Positions 54,624-64,000 of a DNA stretch of 64,000 bases are shown in pieces. Positions within the stretch are counted from its first letter, which is position 1; each line of letters starts with the position of its first letter. The translations under genes were made by a program, and so were the position numbers. Under the pieces are notes generated by a model. That model was given only the letters and a program-made list of their open reading frames with translations, did no database searches and was not told the origin of the DNA. This DNA is from Blastocystis sp. Blastoise (Eukaryota > Protista > Bigyra: Opalinata). The stretch is taken from assembly GCA_039096225.1 (NCBI GenBank), contig JBBPEB010000003.1:620001-684000 (forward strand). Reading direction: 5' to 3'.

Positions 54624-56203
54624 GAATATTTAATTCTTTTGAATATATGATTATTTATAACTTATATTATAATTGTTTTATTTATAAATTTCTTGTCATG
54701 ATTATTCTTCATTTATTAACGTTATATAAAGTATATATAATACTTTATTAATATATCTTCGTGGTTTATTTTAAAACATAAAATATTAATGAATAAACAA
54801 AGTAAATTTCTTATAACATATATACATGCAATATATAATAGAATACTATTTAAGGTTTATTATGAATTTAATTTTATATTATTTATGAAATTTTAATTTC
54901 TTAAATATTTCTAGAGGTTTGCAATTATTAAAACAATAGCTTTAAGAATAGTTAAAAACTGTTTTAATTTGTTTGTATATATAATAAACTAAAGTTAATG
55001 ACTTTCTAGATAAACATTTTAATATATATAATAAGATAATTAATTATATTATATATTTTTTTATTTTAGTTATATTTTTATATAACATTTTAATTCTTAA
55101 ATGCCTTTGATAAATAGTATTAAATAATTAAAACGTATTATTTACCGAATATATTTTTCATTTTCAATATATAATAGTTTATAATGAAGTATTTTCATAT
55201 TTATAATTAATTAAAAATACGATGAATCTAATCACAATTATATTATTATATATTGACAACAAATACATTTTTTAAATTAACACATTGAGAGTAATAAAAT
55301 ATTTTGTGACTTATTATTTAAAATTATTATATTAAAACATTTTTAAACATAGAATATCATTTGAGAATTATGGACTGAATATATTCTAATAACCTTAAAT
55401 GTAATTATTCATGTATGTCTCTACTAATTTAATATATATGTGAAACATATAAATAATATATACTCCTATTACCAATAATATGTTATTGAGTAAAATATCA
55501 AAATAGTTTTATTAATCATACATATAATAATATATTATTTATTTGAATATGATGACTTATAAATTTTAATCAATTATTTTATAAAATATTTGAGAATAAA
55601 ATACTATAAAATAGAAATGGAAGAATAAGAAGAAGGAGATAGGAAAATAAGGAGAGCTTTTTTTGTATCAATAAGTTCTAAAATAGATTCTATTTGAGTA
55701 ATAGATGCACATTTCATAGATATGATATAAAAATAAATAATTATGTATTAAATTCAGTTAGAAATCAGGAATGATTAATAGAAAATGTTACTTTTCATTT
55801 CTATATAAACACTAATTAGCACATTATAAGTATATATATGTACATTATAAATTAAAATAGAAATGCATATGCTTAAAATAAGAGACTTATTAATCAAAAT
55901 GCAAATTGTGCAAGAAATATAAATTCATTAGACATACAATTCTATTTCTAGTATTTTCTATATTTCGAACTAGTATTCAATACATTATTTTAAGTAAAAA
56001 TTTAAGTGAAGATCCACAATGAGTTACCTATTCTTGGAAATTATTGGCATATTTTTGTAGATCATATTGAGTATTAATTATTTTATATACTATTAATAAT
56101 TCTATATGAATAAGAATAGAGTAACGAAGAAAAAAAAAATTAATTGAAAACAAAAATAAACAGGGGAAAGATTTATTTTTCTTTAATTAGCATTATTTCA
56201 TTA

Positions 56204-57778
56204 ATGGTGAAAGAAAAGGTGTTATTTGATATTGATAAATTCAATAGATTGAAGGAGGATATCAGTGTATATGAAGAATTGATGAAAGATGTAGTTAATG
56301 TATTTGGATCAGTGATGAATCTTGGTATACATTCTGGAATGTCAATTAGCAGGCTTATTAAGCATATTGGAGATGATTGTATTGAAAAGGAAGGCGAAAG
56401 TAATGAATTTGAAAAGAAATGTGTTTATGAAAGTAAGAATAATGAGAATATGAAGATGGATATGGATAATAATAATGATAATGATATGGATTTAATACGA
56501 TTTACCAATAATGGTCCTGTATTTCAAATGTCGAAATCTGTTTTAGATACCTTAAAAGGTTCTTTTATTGAAGAACAACGTGATGAAGAATTCAGAGCAA
56601 ATGATGGATCTATATATCTTGATTATCCTGGAAATGATGCCGCTGTTTATATTTTATTAGATTATTTGAATGGAAAGAAAGTCTATTTTGATTCTTTTTG
56701 TTATGAAGAACAATTAGAAATATTAGATTTATTTGAATTTTGTGGATTAGTGATTCCTTTAGAATTAATAGATTGTAGAGAAAGAAGAGATCGAAAGAAG
56801 AAGAAATATGAAGAAGGGGATGAAGTTTCTTTGATTATAAATGGCAATAAGAATGATACTATTAAAGAATATTTGATAAAGAATGACTTATGGAATAATT
56901 ATGTTAAGAATTATAATAATGGATTTGTAGATTATAATCATAAAGATGAAAGTTTATATATGAATAAGAAATATGAATATATTGAGTTTATTACTCAATA
57001 TATGAATAATGGATATATGGATATGAAAGAAGATAAGATAAGTGATATTAATAAAGAAATATTAGAGAACGAAATGGTTGAATTATTTGGTAATAAAGGA
57101 AGAGAAGAAGCAAAAAAGCAATGATGGGAAAACCAACTGTATTTATTGATTCAAATATTATTGAAAAGAAACGTTATGAAACTCCCTTAGTAAACTGGCT
57201 TGGTAAAGAAAAGAAATGGAAATTATTATTTAGGTACATATAAATCTTATAATTAATATTAATATATTATATATAGAGCAAGTGAGCATAATTATTTAAG
57301 TGACGAATTCCATAAATATTGTGAAAATAAAGGAGAAACAGTAACTATAATCAAACATATAGGTCACGATGATTGTATTAATATATTTGGAGGATATACA
57401 AATCAAAGTTGGAATAGTTCAAATAGTATATATATATTTTATATAATCATTATCATTTATATAGGTTGGAAACCTTATTCTAAAGAATTCCTCTTTACAT
57501 TAAGTAATGAACATAATATTCCTCCTACTAAATATGATTATATAAATAGTGATAGAAGTTGTGGTATATGTTGTCATTCTTCTAATGGTCCTTATTTCAT
57601 TGGTGGTGATATACATATTTATGATCAATGTCATAGTAATACTTATTCTTATTGTCAAGGAGTTTATTCTAGTGTATGTAATACTCCTCAAAAGTATTCA
57701 TTATTTGTGAATACGAATAACTCTAATTCTAATAATCACTTTTATGTAGAAGATTATGAAGTCTGGGGAAGAGCTTAA
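56204..57778 (+). CDS. BTB(KCTD-like)-TLDc protein with an apparent 1-bp frameshift at 57112-57117
   Basis: FQMSKSVL..DGSIYLDY..ILLDYLNG..LFEFCGL (BTB). WKLLFRASEH..FHKYCENKGETVTIIK..IFGGYT..FLFTL..GPYF..VEDYEVW (TLDc). One extra A restores EAKKAMMGKP. Confidence 0.8.
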
Positions 57779-58435
57779 TATATATATATTATATATTTTT
57801 TTAATCTATTGTGTATTATTTTTTTATTAATGTTTTTATTTATATTCTTTTATTTTTTTTATCTCTTTATTTATGTTTTTTTATATTTTTTTTAAATGTC
57901 AAAACTTATCAGTTATTTTAGTTTTTTTCTATTATAAGCAATGAAACATAAAAAAAATATAATATATAATTATAATAAGAATTGGTAACTTTTTTTATAT
58001 ATTGCAATTTCATGTATAATACATATATTTTTTAATAAATATAAACAAAAAAAAATTATTCAATGAATTATTCTTTTAAATAAACTAAACAATTATATAA
58101 ACAACAATAAATATTCAATAACAAAAGCAATATATAAACAAAACTAATAGAATTTCTTTATAGTTCTTAAGTTTCTGTTTATTCACTGATAGAATTATTT
58201 GAAGACAGAGAGGTGGTGGCAGACTGAGATCAAATAATAGAATCAGGAATAAAGTTCTATCTAGAAGTAATAGTGGTGATATACAACTAGATATAGAAAA
58301 ATAAGAAACATAAAGAATTTAATTATATTTTGAATATAAGAAGAAGTTATTGAATGAATAAAGTTGAATTTTTTTGAGTTTTAGATAATATTTTTTTTAT
58401 TTATTTTTTATTATATAATGGAGAATTGAATACAT

Positions 58436-60295
58436 TTAATTTAATTCATCTTCTTCTGAAAAAGAAGGAGAAGAAGGACGAGAAGAAAAAGATGAAAAAG
58501 AAAGATGAGAAGAAGGAGAAGGAGAAGGAGAAGGAGAAGGAGAAGGAGAAGGAGAACGAGAACGAGAAGGAGAACGAGAAGGAGAAGGAGATATATTCGT
58601 TGAAGAAATAGAAGGAAGATGATAAAAAGTTGGATAAGAAGGAGGAGAAGGAGGAGAAGGTAAAAAATTATTCATATAAGAATGATAATTAAAAGAAGAA
58701 TTAGAAGAATTATTTGAAGTAGAAATAGTGTTATTATTATTATAATAAGAACCTGATATAGAAGGATATGGTGATATAGAATCATTAGGTAGTGAGAAAG
58801 GAACATGAAAAGAATCATCATCTCTATCTATCATATTAGGAGAGAAGAAATTATTATTTGTTTCATGTTTATAATTATCTATAGAATATTTATCATTCAT
58901 TTTCATAGAGGAACCCTTATTACTGTTAGAATTCTTCACATCCTTATCTATATAAATATATTCATCATCATCATAATTTTTATCTATATGTATATTTATA
59001 TTCTTACTTTTATGAGCATCTATATCAATATCAATATCAATATCTTTATCTATGTCAATATCTTTATCAATATCTATATCTATATCTTTATCTATATCTA
59101 TATCTTTATCTATGTCATCTTTATCTTTATCTATATAATTATCTTTATATGTATCTAAATATTTATCAATATCAATATCTATATCTACATTCTTACCTCT
59201 ATACTTACCTTTATACTTACCTATATCAAGATTTCATTCATTTTGAACATCATTATTATTTCTATTAGACTTATATGTATTCATATTCAATTTATCTTCA
59301 CAATTTCTCTTATAAGAAGATAAACAATTTTTAAAGTATAAACTACTTTTAAAAATATTATTTTCATCATAAAACCCATCAAATTTACTTTCAGGGTATT
59401 TATTTTTGCTTTGATTGGTACATTCTGATTCCATAGATCTTTTGATAGGAAGAAATTCTTGAGGACCAACTGAATTAACAATTCCAGTCTTTCGCGAATA
59501 TTTGGTTCTACTCAGGATACCCTCTTTTTGCTTACCTGGATTTGTACAACCATTTGGAAATGTGATTCCTTTTCCAAATATATTTGAAGGAATCACATTA
59601 TGCGGATTTACTGGTCTGAGAAGAATTCTATTCTTCTGAGATTGATCACATGAAGCAGCAGACTTATCTAAAAAAGAATCAGGAGTGAATCCAGAGAAGG
59701 AATGGTGAATTCCTTCTCCATCATCAACTCGAGATTCTTTCTCAGGAAGACTATCACGATTAGAAAAATTGCCAAGATTTCCATCACCATTCTTATAGCT
59801 TTTAATTTTGAGTAACCCATCATTAGAAGCAGAAAAAGGATCCTTTTTACCAAAAGTTCTTTCTCTTTTTTGTAAAGGAACAATCACTTTTTTTGTAACC
59901 GAAGATTTGATTCTAAAAGGAGAGATGAATTTCTTTACGTATTTGGCAACTGAAGGAAGTCTAAAGAATGAAGAAGACGAAGAAGCAGGAGGTTCAGAAG
60001 TAGAAATTGAAACAGAATTGGAAATTGAGTTAGTAGCCGGGTCAATTATAGAAGTGGAAGAAGGAATAGCAGGTTCAGTAGTAGTAGAAGAAGAAGGAAG
60101 AATAGTAGGTTCAATAGTAGAGGAAAAAGAAAAAGGAAGAGTCGTATCAGTAACATCATGAATAGGAGAAGGAATAGTAGAGGCAGAAGAAGAAGGAATA
60201 GTAGTATCAGTAGTAGGAATAGAAGAAGGAATAGTAGGTTCTGTAGTAGTAGAAGTGGTATTGACAACAGTAGAAGACAAATCACTGTCAGGCAT
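58436..60295 (-). pseudogene. Low-complexity Ser/Thr/Pro- and Asp-Ile-rich ORF interrupted by one in-frame TGA (59234-59236)
   Basis: The 353-aa and 167-aa ORFs share a frame and the 98 codons between them are open (DIDKDID repeats). Coding-like sequence beyond 58436 has further disruptions. Confidence 0.55.
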
Positions 60296-60794
60296 TCCCG
60301 TGAATCAAAAAGTTTGATCCATAAGCTTTGAACGGATCAGACTGATTCAGATTTTTTCAGCTCGTTTTTTACAACAATGTTAATGGATATTAAAATATAT
60401 ATATACAATTTGAGTGGATATAATAGCGCTTATATCCAATTATTTTGTCGATGTGGTTTCATATAAGTTATATGATTGGATTATTATTTTTGTTTATTCA
60501 AGAATATAAAAACAAATTTTATTTTTCATTTCTTTTGATTAGTAGTTTCATCAGTTATTAATTTATAAACATAACAAAAATAATATAAAATCGACTATTT
60601 ATGACTATATTAAGTAAAAATTTAAAAAATATGCACTTTTAAAATAAAATATAAGCTAATTAATTATAATTTAATAAAAGGCTATAAATAAAAGCCCAAG
60701 ATATGTGTCTATAAAAAATATGTAAATAATAATTATAATAGCAAGAAATATTATATTTAAAGTATTTCTTTTTTGAAATCACAAATTTTTAATG

Positions 60795-61138
60795 AAGAAT
60801 TACAATTCAGAATACTAGTCTCCACAATAACCACTTTATACACAAACTAATAACCTAAAAACCTTATAAATAAAATAATAATAAATTTTATATATACAAG
60901 AATTACAATTCAGAATACTAGTCTCCACAATAACCACTTTATACACAAACTAATAACAAGAATTACAATTCAGAATACTAGTCTCAACAACAACCACTTT
61001 ATACACAAACTAATAACCTAAAAATCTTATAAATAAAATAATAATAAATTTTATATATACAAGAATTACAATTCAGAATACTAGTCTCAACAACAACCAC
61101 TTTATACAAAAACTAATAACCTAAAAATCTTATAAATA
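60795..61138. repeat. Tandem array: four 60-bp units with 43-bp spacers after copies 1 and 3 and a partial spacer after copy 4
   Basis: AAGAATTACAATTCAGAATACTAGTCTC(C/A)ACAA(T/C)AACCACTTTATACACAAACTAATAAC at 60795, 60898, 60958 and 61061. Confidence 0.95.
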
Positions 61139-61416
61139 TTTTTCAAATAAACATACAATACACAATAATATTGTTGATTATCTAAAGTATCAACTCCTAT
61201 AAACAATATACATATATATAAATTGTACACAAACAAGTATATATATAAATAAATACATTATTGCCTTGAAAATAAAAAAAATATGTAAATATTCTAAAAT
61301 AAAATATCCCAAAATAATAAAGATGAAGAATGAATGGCTATAAAAGATTATGTTTAGTGATAATATATTTAATAATAATTATATACTAATTATAAGAAAT
61401 CTCAATTCGAGAACCA

Positions 61417-62178
61417 CTAAAATTCTTCATTTATAATCTTTAAATCTTCTAGAATATTCCTGTGTTTATTATATCTTGTTTGTCTCATATGATGAAAATC
61501 TTTTATTAATATCCACTTAGTTTTCTAAATAAATATATAAATATAAAAGAATATATAGATTATAATTTACATACAAATAGATATTTTTTATCAGCTTTGA
61601 ATTGTTTTCTGAACTCTTCAATAGAAATATCTTTTAATTTGAATCCAAAATAAGTAAATAGTGTTCCATTTAACTTTTTATTAACAAGTATTGATCTAAC
61701 TATCGTTTTGATATTATCCAATGTTAAATCCATGACCTGCCCAACTTTATTTGAATATTTAAGACATAATTCACACATTCTTTTAAACAAATTACAGTCA
61801 TACCTAAAATTTACAGACCCTTCTTCAATTCTAAATAAATTAAAAACATCCATTCTATCATCTACAGATAATACAAACGGGATATAACGAAGAACATTCT
61901 ATATTAAAATATTATATTAAGTATATATACATACACTAATAGTTATAGTAGCAGATCTTGTATAGTTTACTGGTATTCCACATTCTAAAGCTCTATGTCT
62001 CAAAAAAGATTCCATATTAGAATCTAGATAGTTTAATTTTTCGTCTATAAATAATATAGTAAAGTATAACGAAGAAAATACCAATTTTTTTTGTACCAAT
62101 CTGTAAATCTGTAAATTCATTAATACAGCCTATCATTCGTTTTCTAAAATCGTTCCATTTATCATTATCATTACTCAT
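61417..62178 (-). CDS. Unknown protein of about 200 aa, 4 exons, divergent from the transposase
   Basis: ATG at 62178 (MSNDNDKWNDFRKRMIG). Three short GT-AG introns join the ORF pieces in frame to TAG at 61417. Confidence 0.68.
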
Positions 62179-62311
62179 TTTTCAGTAAAAATAGTAATAT
62201 GAAATTATTCTGAAATTATTATAAAGAGATATAATTATATATAAATAGAAAAAATATTTAAAAAATGGAAATAATTCAAGAAAAAGCATAAAATAATATC
62301 ACTATTTCCAA

Positions 62312-64000
62312 ATGGTTGGAAAAAGATTATTCCCATCCAACTGGTATAAAAAGCCTAAGGGTAAACATTCAATTCAAATATACTCTTTAATTCAAGAAGC
62401 TATAGGTGCTGATCAGCAGATTTCAAATAACATTCACCAAACAGGTTGCCCCGACAATGAAAATATATCATCAAACATTAATGACATTCTTTTGAATAAT
62501 GATGAACAAATCCTAAACAATATTATGAAGGAAATTTTAAACCATGAAGTATATTATTTATATCTATTACAATATTAATACCATATAATGAATTATAATA
62601 AAAATTAATATCTTTAGTTTAAAAGAAACAACATAAATACATCGATAGAAGATTCATTACATCAACAGATTTTCACCACTTGGAAAAGACTGAATATAAG
62701 CCAAGAATCCGTAATTGAACTAATAAAGCTTGTAAATAATGTTATAATAACAGTATCAAATCAGCCTGAGTTAGAAATACCAAAAAGAGGACAAGATTTT
62801 ATTCGTAGATTATCCACAAGAAATGAATATATGCCATTTAGTATAAATATATTTTGGTGTGAAGATTGTAAAAAATTAGTAGACTTTAATACAGGCAGAA
62901 ATATTTCTATAAATTCTAGAAATAATTGCAACTCTCTAAATTGTGACGGCTCTCGTATATACCTATATATATGTTATATATAATTATTTAATATATATTA
63001 TATTATATATAAAATTCAATGATATACATTAATATATATATATACATATTTAATAGAACATAGTTATAAATATATATAAATATCGTTATATATAAAATCT
63101 ATAAATTATATTATATTATATTATATTATATTATATATATATATATATATATACAGCTAGATATACTACAGTTTTACCACTGATATCTCGTATTAAACAA
63201 CTCCTCAAAAGCGAAAAATTAATTCAAGATATCGAATTATATAATAAAGAAGATATAGAACCAGCATTACATGATAATTATGTTTCAAATAAAAATCTTC
63301 CTTTATACATGAATGGAGATAATTTTAAGGAGTACATGAAAACAGTTCATAACAACGGTGATATTTTTTTGTTCTTCACAGTAACTTCAGATGGAATTTC
63401 TGTATCTAATTCTCCATTAATAGAAAAGAATAAAAGTTCCCAACCAGTACTCATCAAACTACTAAATTATAAGCCAATAAGATTATATGATAAAAGGAAG
63501 TTTTGGGTATTTACGGTTTCTTCTACAGACGAACGTAGCATTGCTTTACAGCTATTAGTAAAAGAACTTCTACTTTTGAAAGATGGAATACCAATGCTTG
63601 TTTGTAATAATGGTTTGCTTGAAGAAAAAAGAGTAGTTGGAATTCTCTTAGAAGTGTATGGTGATACTGCTGAAATTCAGAAAATAGGTGAATTCACGGG
63701 ACCAGCTTCAAATTATCCATGCAGATTCTGTAATTTACATATTCAAAAAGATAACGATAACTTCCATAAGGGTATAAAGACTTCATATTCAATTATAAAG
63801 CCATTCATAGATTATTCTCCTTTATCTACAACTACAACCATCTTCTATCCTATTTTTACTAGTCTAGTAACAGTTAAAGAAGATTGTATTATCAACGGTA
63901 TTAAATGCATAAATTATACTAAGTATTTCAAGAGTGAAACCCAATCTGATGCATATTCTACAATAATATGTGAAGATAATACAAAAGAAACTATTGAGAT
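62312..64000 (+). mobile_element. CACTA/EnSpm (CMC)-type DDE transposase gene, 3'-truncated by the window; exons 62312-62548, 62618-62954, 63157 to end
   Basis: Open spliced frame with CEDC..CNSLNC, LPLISRIKQLL, FTVTSDG, PVLIKLLNYKP, LLVKELLLLKDG and LLEVYGDTAEIQKIGEFTGPASNYPCRFC, the Transposase_21-like motif order. Confidence 0.78.

Noticed and set aside
57112-57124. Programmed frameshift between BTB and TLDc
   Set aside because: A single homopolymer indel is more simply a sequencing error or a null allele; no stimulatory structure is evident.
58436-61120. Genetic-code reassignment of TGA
   Set aside because: No conserved gene here needs TGA as sense, Trp is encoded by TGG, and ATG5 ends at TGA.
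60795-61138. CRISPR-like array
   Set aside because: The spacers are copies of each other or absent, the repeat is 60 bp, there are no cas genes, and the context is eukaryotic.
61415-61419. CACTA pentamer as the left transposon end
   Set aside because: It overlaps the stop codon of the partner gene, such 5-mers are expected by chance, and the right end is not visible for confirmation.

Overview
Very AT-rich, intron-dense eukaryotic (protist) nuclear DNA. The gene families (GT31 galactosyltransferase, Ig/galactose-binding surface proteins, BTB-TLDc) suggest a stramenopile close to Blastocystis, but that is inference. Most short ORFs in the supplied track are exon fragments or microsatellite artefacts, so I rebuilt gene models by manual splicing. 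The first 38.6 kb is compact and mostly housekeeping: MORN-repeat protein, GT31, CLPTM1, a single-pass surface protein, ATG5, an Asn-rich disordered protein, NECAP, PP2C, an LYR protein, a BIG-type Sec7 ARF-GEF, a UNC93-like MFS protein and CDC48/VCP. The 39-64 kb part is sparser and accessory-like: a TLDc pseudogene, a TTAA-flanked MITE, a large Ig/lectin-like surface protein, a 19-exon BTB-like/LRR-like gene, a BTB-TLDc gene, an interrupted low-complexity ORF, a tandem array, and a CACTA/EnSpm-type transposase (running off the window) with a divergent partner gene. Highlights: (1) an obligatory U12-type AT-AC intron in CLPTM1; (2) an apparent GG-AG intron in CDC48; (3) ATG5 with Arg at the ATG12-acceptor Lys; (4) 17 of 18 introns in phase 1 in the BTB/LRR-like gene, giving frame-preserving exon cassettes; (5) a Kolobok-like MITE in a surface-protein promoter; (6) introns with self-complementary microsatellite ends. 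Family assignments come from motif recognition; no database searches were run.
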